A DNA stretch of 43,709 nucleotides from Vectrevirus T147P1. The position numbers were made by a program, and so were the translations under genes. Positions 17,966-26,627 of this stretch are shown here, one piece after another (within the stretch, counting starts at the first letter, position 1; each line of letters begins with the position of its first letter). The DNA is taken from sequence record OZ035797.1; one strand, 5' to 3'. The notes under the pieces are model-generated. The model saw only the letters and a list, made by a program, of their open reading frames with translations. It did not search any database and was not told where the DNA came from.

Positions 17966-20512
17966 ATGAAGATTATTGATTGGAAGAATGAGGCAGAAGG
18001 TCGTATCCTCGTGATGGATGCGGAAGCTAAAGGACTCCTTGACGCTATCCGATATGGGCACCGTGAAGATGTGCATATCATTTGCTGCATGGATTTGCTT
18101 ACTACCGAGGAGTTTCTCTTCTTTGACCCGTATGAGATGCGTGACCCTGAAGCAAGAGAACGCCTGAAGGAATGGGAAGGTCATCAAGATGGAACCTTGG
18201 TTGACGGTGTTAACTTCCTGAAGCACTGTGAGGCTATTGTGTCGCAGAACTTCCTAGGGTATGACGGTCTTCTCTTTGAGAAAGCATTCCCTGATATTTG
18301 GAAAGGCTTTAACTATACCGAGAAGCGCGGCAAGGGCAGACTCCGTGCTGACCTGTGTCCGGTGCGAGTCATGGATACGCTGGTGATGAGTCGCCTGTTA
18401 AACCCCGATAGACGCCTTCCTCCGCAAGCATATGCCAAAGGTATGGGTAACGTCGCCCCTCACTCAATTGAGGCGCACGGCATCCGTATAGGCCGCTATA
18501 AACCAGAGAACGAGGACTGGTCTAAACTAACTGATCACATGGTTCACCGTGTACGTGAGGATGTGGCGATTGGTCGTGACCTATTCCTCTGGCTCTTTAA
18601 CGGGGAATGGATGGAGCACAAACGCCGTGGCGTGAACAAACGTACTGGCCTAGGGATTGAGACAGCCTTCCACATGGAGTCCATTGTGGCGCTGGAGATG
18701 AGCCGTCAGGCCGAGCGCGGGTTCCGTCTGGATATTGACAAAGCACTAGCGCGATGCGAAGAATTGGACGCTAAGATTGACGAGACAGTCGCAGCGTTCC
18801 GCCCTCACATGCCTATGCGTATCAAGTCTAAACCTTTTAAACCGGAAGAAAAGAATGAAGTATGCCAACGCGCAAATGAGTATGGAGCTAGCAACAATAT
18901 ACCCACTGTCCTTGACCCCTCACACTTTCTTCATGCCGAGAGACGAGGAGATCGCAAGACAGTATGGAGTGTCACTACTAAGTCTGGTGATTGGTCGGCT
19001 AGTGTCAAGAAAGACTTTCCTCACCTTAGAGGAAACCGTAATGACACGCCAAGCATCAAGTGGATTGGCGCTTACTCGCCTGTTACTTTCGAAGAGATCC
19101 CCTTGGGTAACAGGGATACAGTTAAGCAAGTGCTCTATGATTATGGATGGAAGGGTGTTGAATTTAATGATACCGAGCAAGCACACCTTGATGAGTATGG
19201 AGTGTTACCCAAACCTTGGAGTGGGAAGATAAATGAAAAGTCCCTTACTTTATGGCAAGAGAGAGCCGCACGTGAAGGTAAAACAGTACCCGATTGGTGC
19301 TTGGGTATCGCTGCATGGTACATACTCGTATCCCGTCGTGGTCAGATCCTCAACCGTGGTGACGTTGAAGCCTTCAACGAGAAAGGGACGTGGCCTTCGC
19401 AAGCTGGTGTACGAAAGTGTCGCGGCCTTGTACCTGTAGCATTTAACAAGGAGCTAGGAATCAATGCGCAGCAATACTACGAGAGGTACGGATGCTGGCC
19501 TACGTCAGACAAGGATGACGGAGAGTGGCGTGTTCCAGCTGTTGCTATTAGCATTGGCACTTCTACGTTCCGTATGCGTCATCGTAACGTGGTTAATATT
19601 CCTGCCCGTGGCTTGTATCCTTTACGTGATTTATTCATAGCAGGGAAAGGCAAGCTAATCCTTGGTTGTGACGGTGCAGGTCTTGAACTGCGTGTCCTGT
19701 CTCACTTCATGAATGACCCTGAGTACCAAGAGATTGTACTGCACGGTGATATTCATACGCATAACCAGATGAAGGCTGGTCTTCCTAAGCGTGATATGGC
19801 GAAGACGTTTATATACGCCTTCCTCTATGGCTCTGGTATAGCCAACCTTGCAGCAGTATGTGGTGTTACTGAGGAAGAAATGAAGGAAGTTGTGGCAAGA
19901 TTCGAGATTGAACTGCCGTCTCTTGCACGTCTTCGTGAGAATGTTATCGCACAAGGTAACAAGTTTGGCTACCTGCAAGCACCTGATGGGCATTGGGGTC
20001 GCATCCGCATGTCTGGTGGTGAACTTAAAGAGCACACGATGCTTAACGTATTACTCCAGATGACTGGCTCTTTGTGTATGAAATATGCATTAGTCAAGGC
20101 ATTTGCAGTAATGCGCAAGGAAGGTGTAGCCTTGGATGCTATGGGAAATCCTTGTGGTGTGGCTAACGTGCATGATGAAATCCAGATGGAAGTTCCTGAA
20201 GAGGAGGTCTTGTATCTTAACTACGACCTACCTTTCACCTTAGATGGGTTCGAAACAGAGAAGGCTGCCGTGAAAGCAGTGTTCGATGCAGAGGAGAAAC
20301 GTGTTCATGTGGATTCTGAAGGACGTATGTGGTCTGCTGCAAACCTCGTTAGTGTTGATGCTGATGCTGGTGTATTGCATTGCCAGCGCCGTTATCACCG
20401 TGCAGGTCATATCATTGCCGACGCCATGACTTGGGCAGGGCAGTATCTGAAGATGCGTTGCCCGATGGCAGGCGAATATAAGATTGGCGCAAGTTGGAAG
20501 GAAACACACTGA
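17966..20512 (+). CDS. DNA polymerase, family A (T7 gp5-like) with 3'-5' exonuclease domain
   Basis: ATG at 17966 after AGAGG; Exo I-like LVMDAEAKG; polymerase motifs DGAGLELRVLSH, KTFIYAFLYGSG, VHDEIQ. Confidence 0.9.
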   Translation: MKIIDWKNEAEGRILVMDAEAKGLLDAIRYGHREDVHIICCMDLLTTEEFLFFDPYEMRDPEARERLKEWEGHQDGTLVDGVNFLKHCEAIVSQNFLGYDGLLFEKAFPDIWKGFNYTEKRGKGRLRADLCPVRVMDTLVMSRLLNPDRRLPPQAYAKGMGNVAPHSIEAHGIRIGRYKPENEDWSKLTDHMVHRVREDVAIGRDLFLWLFNGEWMEHKRRGVNKRTGLGIETAFHMESIVALEMSRQAERGFRLDIDKALARCEELDAKIDETVAAFRPHMPMRIKSKPFKPEEKNEVCQRANEYGASNNIPTVLDPSHFLHAERRGDRKTVWSVTTKSGDWSASVKKDFPHLRGNRNDTPSIKWIGAYSPVTFEEIPLGNRDTVKQVLYDYGWKGVEFNDTEQAHLDEYGVLPKPWSGKINEKSLTLWQERAAREGKTVPDWCLGIAAWYILVSRRGQILNRGDVEAFNEKGTWPSQAGVRKCRGLVPVAFNKELGINAQQYYERYGCWPTSDKDDGEWRVPAVAISIGTSTFRMRHRNVVNIPARGLYPLRDLFIAGKGKLILGCDGAGLELRVLSHFMNDPEYQEIVLHGDIHTHNQMKAGLPKRDMAKTFIYAFLYGSGIANLAAVCGVTEEEMKEVVARFEIELPSLARLRENVIAQGNKFGYLQAPDGHWGRIRMSGGELKEHTMLNVLLQMTGSLCMKYALVKAFAVMRKEGVALDAMGNPCGVANVHDEIQMEVPEEEVLYLNYDLPFTLDGFETEKAAVKAVFDAEEKRVHVDSEGRMWSAANLVSVDADAGVLHCQRRYHRAGHIIADAMTWAGQYLKMRCPMAGEYKIGASWKETH

Positions 20513-20628
20513 TGGATAGGCTTGACATTGTTTGCCTATTCTTCACTTTCTTTCTTACACTCCTTATGCTTGCTTGTTATGGGAGTATGAGACTAGATAT
20601 ACCTGATGAAGAAGAGGGTTACGACTAA
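20512..20628 (+). CDS. tiny membrane peptide 1 (38 aa)
   Basis: ATG overlaps DNAP stop (TGATG); hydrophobic LFFTFFLTLLMLA then acidic tail ending GYD. Confidence 0.3.
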   Translation: MDRLDIVCLFFTFFLTLLMLACYGSMRLDIPDEEEGYD

Positions 20629-20726
20629 TGCAAACTGCTTTTATTATTCTTGGTATCATATTATTTATGGTAGTACTCTGGGCCTTCTCTGGCATTGACC
20701 CGGATTGTGATGGTAACTACGACTGA
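20628..20726 (+). CDS. tiny membrane peptide 2 (32 aa)
   Basis: ATG overlaps previous stop (TAATG); hydrophobic FIILGIILFMVVLWAF then acidic tail ending NYD. Confidence 0.3.
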   Translation: MQTAFIILGIILFMVVLWAFSGIDPDCDGNYD

Positions 20727-20784
20727 GTTATACTCAAGGTCACTTACGAGTGGCCTTTATGAATAACTTAACTAAGGAAATATT

Positions 20785-21045
20785 ATGATTAAATATACTG
20801 CTTATCAGTTAACTAAAGACCGTAAGATAGGTATTGAGGTTAAGGCTTGGGAGCGAGGTCATATCTCTGGAGTAATAGAGGTGCGTTCCAATGAAGGTAT
20901 GATGATTAGAAGACACTTTAGTTTCGCTAAATCTACTTGTAAGCATTTAACAGAGGAACAATTCTTACATCATATTATTAATAATATTAAAGCTATCCAG
21001 CCTTATGCCAAGCAAGTTGTAGGTAATGTCACAGTAGTACATTGA
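20785..21045 (+). CDS. hypothetical protein
   Basis: 86-aa ORF after AAGGAAATATT. Confidence 0.5.
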   Translation: MIKYTAYQLTKDRKIGIEVKAWERGHISGVIEVRSNEGMMIRRHFSFAKSTCKHLTEEQFLHHIINNIKAIQPYAKQVVGNVTVVH

Positions 21046-21066
21046 TTTACTGGACACTATAGAAGG
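21045..21066 (+). promoter_or_regulatory. phage RNAP promoter
   Basis: ATTTACTGGACACTATAGAAGG. Confidence 0.7.
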
Positions 21067-21131
21067 AAAGCCTAGACAATCTAGGTTTATAAGGTAGTAT
21101 AGGTAATTAAGTAAATATAGGAGATATAAAC

Positions 21132-21509
21132 ATGTCTATGGTAACTACTCTGGTATTTGTAGCTCAATACTTTCGTGGTCTGGCTAATAAGTTCAAGTCC
21201 AAGGCTATCAAAGCTATTGAGTCTCGCATCGAGGCAGTACAGGCAGAGCAAGTTAAAGTTGAAGAACATCGTAGTTCTCAAATGATTGACTGCCATAACC
21301 GCTACTATGAATCTCGTGATGACCTTAATGCACGCCAAGTCAAAGAGGTTGAAGAGATGCTGGCACGTCACCAGCAAGAGCGCGACAGCCTGAAAGCTGA
21401 ATTTGAAGAGAACAAGGCATCCATCGCCCTTGTACATCAAGCCGCATCTGACAGCCTGAAGAAAGAGATTGTTATGCTGGAAATTGAGTTAGACAACCTG
21501 ACCAAATAA
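21132..21509 (+). CDS. hypothetical protein (hydrophobic N-terminus, coiled-coil-like)
   Basis: 125-aa ORF after TAGGAGATATAAAC. Confidence 0.5.
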   Translation: MSMVTTLVFVAQYFRGLANKFKSKAIKAIESRIEAVQAEQVKVEEHRSSQMIDCHNRYYESRDDLNARQVKEVEEMLARHQQERDSLKAEFEENKASIALVHQAASDSLKKEIVMLEIELDNLTK

Positions 21510-21530
21510 TTACTGGACACTATAGAACAA
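21508..21530 (+). promoter_or_regulatory. phage RNAP promoter
   Basis: AATTACTGGACACTATAGAACAA. Confidence 0.65.
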
Positions 21531-21586
21531 TAGGTCGGCTTAGTTCGGCCTATGATTGTGTAGTGTAACAATAGGAGACTAAATAA

Positions 21587-22393
21587 ATGGCACGTGGTGA
21601 TTTTGATTTTGGTGCTCAGGTTACTAAAGCTGAAGGTAAGGTTTTTAAGAACCCTGAAGTTGGTGATCATGAAGCAGTAATCTCTGGCATCATTCATGTG
21701 GGTTCCTTCCAAGATATCTTTAAGAAAGGTAATACCACTGAAGTTAAGAAGCCAGCAAACTTTGTTCTTGTTAAGATTGTACTGATGGGTGACGATGACA
21801 AGAACGAAGATGATTCTCGCATGGAACAATGGATGGCTGTTCCTCTGAAGTCTGGTGATAAGGCAACACTGACTAAGTTCCTGAATGCAGTTGACCCCAA
21901 AGAATTGCTTGGTGGCTTCGATGATTTTATCGGGGAATGCCTGACTGCAACTATGGTTGGCTCTGGTGACAAGAATGACGATGGTTCATTCAAGTATGTT
22001 AACTGGAAAGGATTCGGTGGTATGCCTGACAAGCTTAAGAAACTTGTCATTGCTCAGGTTGAAGAAGAGGGTCTGTCTATGACAGGTCACATCACCTTCG
22101 ACAAGCTGACCAAAGAAATCCTTGATGACATTCCTGCTAACTTGGTACGCCAATACTTCCTTAATGAAACACCTCGTGGTAAGAACCTGTCTGTTGCTGG
22201 TTCTCACGTAGAAGCAATCATTAAAGCTGCTCGTGAAGAAGACCCAGAGTGGAAGAAAGCCAAGAAGAAAGATGACGAGGATGCTACTCCAGCTAATCGT
22301 AAATCTCTGGATACTGGTGAGTCTGTTCCACAGGAAGTACCTGAAGCAGAAGATACTCCTGCACCGGAGATGGATGAGGACGCGGAATATTAA
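21587..22393 (+). CDS. hypothetical protein with acidic C-terminal tail (possible ssDNA-binding or replisome accessory protein)
   Basis: 268 aa after TAGGAGACTAAATAA; C-terminus ends EMDEDAEY; size compatible with a gp2.5-type SSB but no direct similarity recognised. Confidence 0.5.
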   Translation: MARGDFDFGAQVTKAEGKVFKNPEVGDHEAVISGIIHVGSFQDIFKKGNTTEVKKPANFVLVKIVLMGDDDKNEDDSRMEQWMAVPLKSGDKATLTKFLNAVDPKELLGGFDDFIGECLTATMVGSGDKNDDGSFKYVNWKGFGGMPDKLKKLVIAQVEEEGLSMTGHITFDKLTKEILDDIPANLVRQYFLNETPRGKNLSVAGSHVEAIIKAAREEDPEWKKAKKKDDEDATPANRKSLDTGESVPQEVPEAEDTPAPEMDEDAEY

Positions 22394-22402
22394 GGAGAAA
22401 GG

Positions 22403-22621
22403 ATGAAAGTACAAATCGTAACCCTGCACTGCAAGAAAGGTATCACAACGCTCGGAGGTGGCACTTTCCACTCTTTCTCCGAAGGGGAGATTTATGCTGA
22501 CCTGCACTACATCTGGCGCGACGGACAGCACGTGGTGAACTACAGCGACCCAGCTACGGGGAAACGCCACGGCGTATCGCTTCCGGCGCATGACATTGCT
22601 CAGGTGAACACAGTTTTATAA
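22403..22621 (+). CDS. hypothetical protein
   Basis: 72-aa ORF after AAGGAGAAAGG. Confidence 0.5.
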   Translation: MKVQIVTLHCKKGITTLGGGTFHSFSEGEIYADLHYIWRDGQHVVNYSDPATGKRHGVSLPAHDIAQVNTVL

Positions 22622-22622
22622 A

Positions 22623-22638
22623 GTCTCACGTGTGAGAC
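22623..22638. repeat. palindromic hairpin element (family copy E, reverse-orientation centre)
   Basis: GTCTCACGTGTGAGAC, upstream of the promoter at 22654. Confidence 0.6.
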
Positions 22639-22653
22639 AAATCGGTGTCCGGT

Positions 22654-22676
22654 ATTTACTGGACACTATAGAAGAG
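22654..22676 (+). promoter_or_regulatory. phage RNAP promoter
   Basis: ATTTACTGGACACTATAGAAGAG exact consensus. Confidence 0.75.
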
Positions 22677-22726
22677 AAGAATTTTAATCGGTGATAATGC
22701 CATAACCAACAAAAGGAGAATTTAAT

Positions 22727-23098
22727 ATGTTCAAGATTGAAACTATCGTAAACCGTGTTGTTAAAGGTGCTGCTCTGGTATCCGTTGAGTCTTTCATTAT
22801 CGTCGATGAAGCTGATCAACTGGTAGCTGGTACTAAGGCTTACGATACCCGTGAAGAAGCTCAGGCTAAGATTGACAGCATGGGTAACTTCGCTGCTGGT
22901 CTGGAGTTCGCTCGTGCTTGCTTCCCTGAGCAGGCTGACAAAGCTCAGATTGGTAAGGCTAATATCGTAGCTGAATATCTGGATTGGGTTGCTGCTGGTA
23001 AACCAGTGAAAGAAGTTAAGGCTGCTGAAGAAGCTGAAGCTCCAGCAGAAGAAGTAGCTGCACCGGAAACTCCGGTAAGCGAAGAGGAAGAATTTTGA
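22727..23098 (+). CDS. small acidic protein with C-terminal EEEEF tail; function unknown
   Basis: 123 aa; strong SD AAAAGGAGAA; own promoter upstream and terminator-like hairpin downstream. Confidence 0.6.
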   Translation: MFKIETIVNRVVKGAALVSVESFIIVDEADQLVAGTKAYDTREEAQAKIDSMGNFAAGLEFARACFPEQADKAQIGKANIVAEYLDWVAAGKPVKEVKAAEEAEAPAEEVAAPETPVSEEEEF

Positions 23099-23157
23099 TA
23101 ATAGCAGGTGTTGCCTCTGTTAGTCCTGGTTGACTATCACGCTCACCTCATCTAATG

Positions 23158-23190
23158 CCCTGTCTGCCTTAGTGTAGGCAGGGTCTTTTG
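23158..23190 (+). terminator. terminator-like hairpin after the small acidic protein gene
   Basis: CCCTGTCTGCC-TTAGTGTA-GGCAGGG followed by TCTTTTG. Confidence 0.45.
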
Positions 23191-23215
23191 CGTAATAGTT
23201 ATTGGAGAATGAATT

Positions 23216-23512
23216 ATGCCGACTATTGAATCTCGTTTACGCGCTGACTATAATAGATACTTTAGCCGCTTACATAGGGATTATATGACACACGTTACAG
23301 TATGGTTAGATGGTGAGATATTCTTAGTGTATGAGTATTTACATGATACGGATGACCGCTATGACCCTAGTTCCTTCCAAGTAGCAAAGTCTATTGTAGA
23401 GCACATCTTGAAGGAGTGGCCTACATGCGACCAAACTTCGACTTCGGAGCTACAGTATCGGAAGACAATAACCTGTTGCTGTGGCCAACTGAAGGTAATA
23501 GAATCGCTTTAA
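23216..23512 (+). CDS. hypothetical protein overlapping the exonuclease start
   Basis: 98-aa ORF after TTGGAGAATGAATT; 3' ~90 nt overlap the exonuclease gene in another frame. Confidence 0.35.
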   Translation: MPTIESRLRADYNRYFSRLHRDYMTHVTVWLDGEIFLVYEYLHDTDDRYDPSSFQVAKSIVEHILKEWPTCDQTSTSELQYRKTITCCCGQLKVIESL

Positions 23513-24453
23513 TAGATGCTGACATGTTACCCTACATCGTAGGTTATACAATCAGTGACATGACTTATGTACGAGCCACAACTCGTGTTAAGTCAGGACA
23601 AGTCCCATCAATCAAAGATACACCTGAATGTAAGCAAGCGTGTGACCGTGTGAACTCCTTGCTCAACTCTTGGGTGTATGCAGCAGAGTGTGATGCAGCT
23701 AAGTTATTCATGACGAAATCAGAAGCTAACTTCCGTGTTCGCCTAGCCTTCACCAAGCCTTATAAGGGTCAACGTAAGACCGAGAAGCCTCCATTCTTCT
23801 ATGAATTGCGAGAGCATCTCTTAGAGGTTCATGGTGCAATCTTGGCAGATGGAGAAGAGGCTGATGACCTCATGAGCATTGCACAATGGGACAGCCACCG
23901 CCGCTTCCAGCAAGATACAGGTAACGAGTTCCCTATCGGTAGTCCAGAGCATAAAGCATTCTCTGATACTTGCATCGTTTCCTTAGATAAGGATTTGATG
24001 ATTGTTCCCGGTTGGCATCTTCAGCCGGGTCAAGAGAAGAAATGGGTAGAGCCTATGGGTTGGCTTGAGTTACGCCGTAAGGCTAATGGTCAGGTTAAAG
24101 ACCTTAAAGGTGCTGGCCTCATGTTTCATTATGCACAGATGATTATCGGTGATGATATTGATAACTATGCTGGCATACCTGGACGTGGTGCTAAATACGC
24201 CTATGATCTTCTCAAAGATTGTAAGACAGAGAAAGAGTTGTACATGGCAGTGCTTGGTGCTTACAAGGCTAAGTTCGGACATGGACAAGTTAAGATTAAG
24301 AATTACCGAGGTGGTTATCGTATCGGCAAGGCTTTTGACCTGATGCTCGAATGTGGTCGCCTAGCTCACATGGCAAGATTCAAAGGTGATATATGGCGAG
24401 CCGATAAGAACCCAATCTTGTGGGGAGATGATGCGGAATGGTTAGCAAATTAA
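23425..24453 (+). CDS. 5'-3' exonuclease (T7 gp6-like, FEN family)
   Basis: ATG at 23425 after AAGGAG; LIDADMLPY, ADDLM, SLDKDLMIVPG and GDDIDNYAGIPGRGAKYA parallel T7 gp6 motifs as recalled. Confidence 0.85.
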   Translation: MRPNFDFGATVSEDNNLLLWPTEGNRIALIDADMLPYIVGYTISDMTYVRATTRVKSGQVPSIKDTPECKQACDRVNSLLNSWVYAAECDAAKLFMTKSEANFRVRLAFTKPYKGQRKTEKPPFFYELREHLLEVHGAILADGEEADDLMSIAQWDSHRRFQQDTGNEFPIGSPEHKAFSDTCIVSLDKDLMIVPGWHLQPGQEKKWVEPMGWLELRRKANGQVKDLKGAGLMFHYAQMIIGDDIDNYAGIPGRGAKYAYDLLKDCKTEKELYMAVLGAYKAKFGHGQVKIKNYRGGYRIGKAFDLMLECGRLAHMARFKGDIWRADKNPILWGDDAEWLAN

Positions 24454-24848
24454 AATCATCGGAGGTAGCAGCTTATAAGAGGGAATTGCTAGAGAAGCAA
24501 GGATGGAGGTGCCCACTATGTGGCGGCAGTCTCAAGGCTGTTACTCCTATAAACCGTGTACTTGACCATGACCATGAGACAGGCTTCTGCCGTGCTGTTG
24601 TATGCCGAGGCTGCAATGGTGCAGAAGGAAAGATTAAGGGTGTTATCTCTGGTTACGGTAAGGCTGGTAACAACCGTTACTTCCAGCTTCAATGGTTAGA
24701 GCGACTATATGAATACTGGAAGTTACATAGTACGCCTCAGACAGATAAGTTATATCACAAACATCAAACGGAGGCAGAGAAGCGCGAGGCTAAGAACCGT
24801 AAGGCACGCCTTGCTTATGCAAGAAAGAAGGAGGTTAAAGTTGGGTAA
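24438..24848 (+). CDS. endonuclease VII-like Holliday junction resolvase
   Basis: 136 aa; WRCPLCGG...LDHDHETGFCRAVVCRGCNGAEG matches the recombination endonuclease VII zinc/catalytic signature. Confidence 0.75.
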   Translation: MVSKLKSSEVAAYKRELLEKQGWRCPLCGGSLKAVTPINRVLDHDHETGFCRAVVCRGCNGAEGKIKGVISGYGKAGNNRYFQLQWLERLYEYWKLHSTPQTDKLYHKHQTEAEKREAKNRKARLAYARKKEVKVG

Positions 24849-25848
24849 GCTTCGCAGCTTGTACAAAGACTCCGAGGTACTTGATGCAATCGAGCAAGCT
24901 ACCGACGAGAAAGGTAATGTTAATTACAATGAGATGGCACGTGTATTATCGTGTCACCCTGTGGGTAAGAAGATTACCCGCCAGTTGGCTCGATACTGGC
25001 ATGGTCAATTCAAGAAGACCAAGAAGAATGGTGATTATTACCAGACCCTTCTGCAAGAAGATAAGCGTATCAAAGAAGAGCGTAAGCTCAGGACTCCTGA
25101 CCGCTACGAGGATTTGGCTATTGTACCATTGCCTGACTCGCCTCATCGAAGTGTACTGGTAATCCCTGATACTCATGCACCTTATGAGCATCCAGATACC
25201 TTAGAGTTCCTTGCAGCAGTCGCGGCACGTTACCGTCCAGATACAGTGGTTCACTTAGGAGATGAGGCAGATAAACACGCCCTCTCCTTCCATGACTCTG
25301 ACCCGAATCTGGATAGTGCTGGCATGGAGCTAGAGAAGTCTCGTGTCTTCATGCACAAATTGCACAAGATGTTCCCTGTGATGAGACTGTGTCACTCCAA
25401 CCACGGCTCTATGCACTTCCGTAAGGCAAGCGCTAAGGGCATCCCTGTGCAATACCTGCGCACCTACCGTGAAGTCTTCTTCCCGCAGGGAGGTGGCGAC
25501 CAGTGGGATTGGCAACATACGCACGTCCTTGAGTTGCCGAATGGTGAACAAGTGGCATTCAAGCATCAACCTGCTGGCTCTGTCCTAGCAGATGCAGCGC
25601 ATGAGCGTATGAACCTTGTGTGTGGTCACTTGCACGGTAAGATGTCTGTGGAGTACGCACGTAATACACATGAACAGTATTGGGCTGTGCAAGGTGGCTG
25701 CTTAATTGATGAGTCATCCCGTGCATTTGCCTATGGTCGTGAGTCTAAATACAAGCCAGCATTAGGTTGTGTGGTCATTCTGGAGGGTGTACCTCATATT
25801 GTCCCGATGCAAACCAATAGCGACAACCGTTGGATTGGCAAGATTTAG
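24841..25848 (+). CDS. calcineurin-like metallophosphoesterase
   Basis: TTG start at 24841 after AAGGAGG (the track ORF from 24709 overlaps the previous gene); motifs IPDTHAPY, HLGDEAD, HSNHG, GHLHG. Confidence 0.65.
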   Translation: MGKLRSLYKDSEVLDAIEQATDEKGNVNYNEMARVLSCHPVGKKITRQLARYWHGQFKKTKKNGDYYQTLLQEDKRIKEERKLRTPDRYEDLAIVPLPDSPHRSVLVIPDTHAPYEHPDTLEFLAAVAARYRPDTVVHLGDEADKHALSFHDSDPNLDSAGMELEKSRVFMHKLHKMFPVMRLCHSNHGSMHFRKASAKGIPVQYLRTYREVFFPQGGGDQWDWQHTHVLELPNGEQVAFKHQPAGSVLADAAHERMNLVCGHLHGKMSVEYARNTHEQYWAVQGGCLIDESSRAFAYGRESKYKPALGCVVILEGVPHIVPMQTNSDNRWIGKI

Positions 25849-25865
25849 TTGACACTATAGAACAA
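25843..25865 (+). promoter_or_regulatory. phage RNAP promoter variant
   Basis: ATTTAGTTGACACTATAGAACAA; differs from consensus at -12 to -10. Confidence 0.5.
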
Positions 25866-25948
25866 AGGGCTAGGTAAGACTTTATCGGCTGGCGTATCCA
25901 AATGATATTGCACTAGCCCTTGATTGTATAGTGAATGGAGGATTCAAT

Positions 25949-26452
25949 ATGTCACACTATGAATGTAAGAAGTGTAATAAGCGTTATGATTACTGTACTT
26001 GTGGTCAAGAGAAAACATCTTTTAAAGTTGGAGACAAGGTATTTCGTAATGAAAAAGATTCGATTCCTTGGAATCAATACTGCAAAGAAGCTGGTATTGA
26101 CCCTGATAGCCCTGTAACCATAGATGATATTGATGGCATTAACTTGTGCTTTCGTGAGGTGAGGGGTACAGGTTGGGATTCCAAAAAATTCAAACTTGCA
26201 TCTGATAAGTTAGACAACAATATGGTAACTCAGCCTAAACACTACGAGTTCTTCGAAGGTGTAGAGGCAATCACTATCATTGCCCGTAGCATGACCGAGA
26301 AGCAATTCGCTGGGTATTGCATGGGTAACGCTTTGAAATATCGTCTGCGTGCAGGTAAGAAACTCAACACTGAAGAAGATCTGAAGAAAGCAGACTACTA
26401 CAAAGAGTTATTTCAGAAGCACCGTCACGAATGTATCGATGAGGATATTTGA
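25949..26452 (+). CDS. T7 gp1.7-like protein (putative nucleotide kinase)
   Basis: ATG at 25949 after GGAGG; C-terminal PKHYEFFEGVEAITIIARSMTEKQFAGYCMGNALKYRLRAGKK...KADYYKELFQKH resembles the T7 gp1.7 C-terminus as recalled; N-terminal Cys cluster CKKCNKRYDYCTCG. Confidence 0.55.
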   Translation: MSHYECKKCNKRYDYCTCGQEKTSFKVGDKVFRNEKDSIPWNQYCKEAGIDPDSPVTIDDIDGINLCFREVRGTGWDSKKFKLASDKLDNNMVTQPKHYEFFEGVEAITIIARSMTEKQFAGYCMGNALKYRLRAGKKLNTEEDLKKADYYKELFQKHRHECIDEDI

Positions 26453-26627
26453 TATGGAAGGTAAACTGTATAGAGGGTACTTTGGTAACTTATATAAAGT
26501 AAGCCCTCGCGGTTTTGTATTGACCTCTAACGATGAAGGTGTAACGTGGTATTTAAGTGCCTATGGTTCTGACTTAGCGTACTTTAAAGAGGCAATAGTC
26601 AAAGGTGTGATGAAGGAGGTGAAATGA
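26439..26627 (+). CDS. hypothetical protein
   Basis: 62-aa ORF overlapping neighbours at both ends. Confidence 0.4.
   Translation: MRIFDMEGKLYRGYFGNLYKVSPRGFVLTSNDEGVTWYLSAYGSDLAYFKEAIVKGVMKEVK

Noticed and set aside
24709-24840. N-terminal extension of the phosphoesterase ORF overlapping the endonuclease VII gene by 140 nt
   Set aside because: The extension is Arg-rich low complexity without an SD, whereas the TTG at 24841 has a strong SD and yields a normal metallophosphatase N-terminus.
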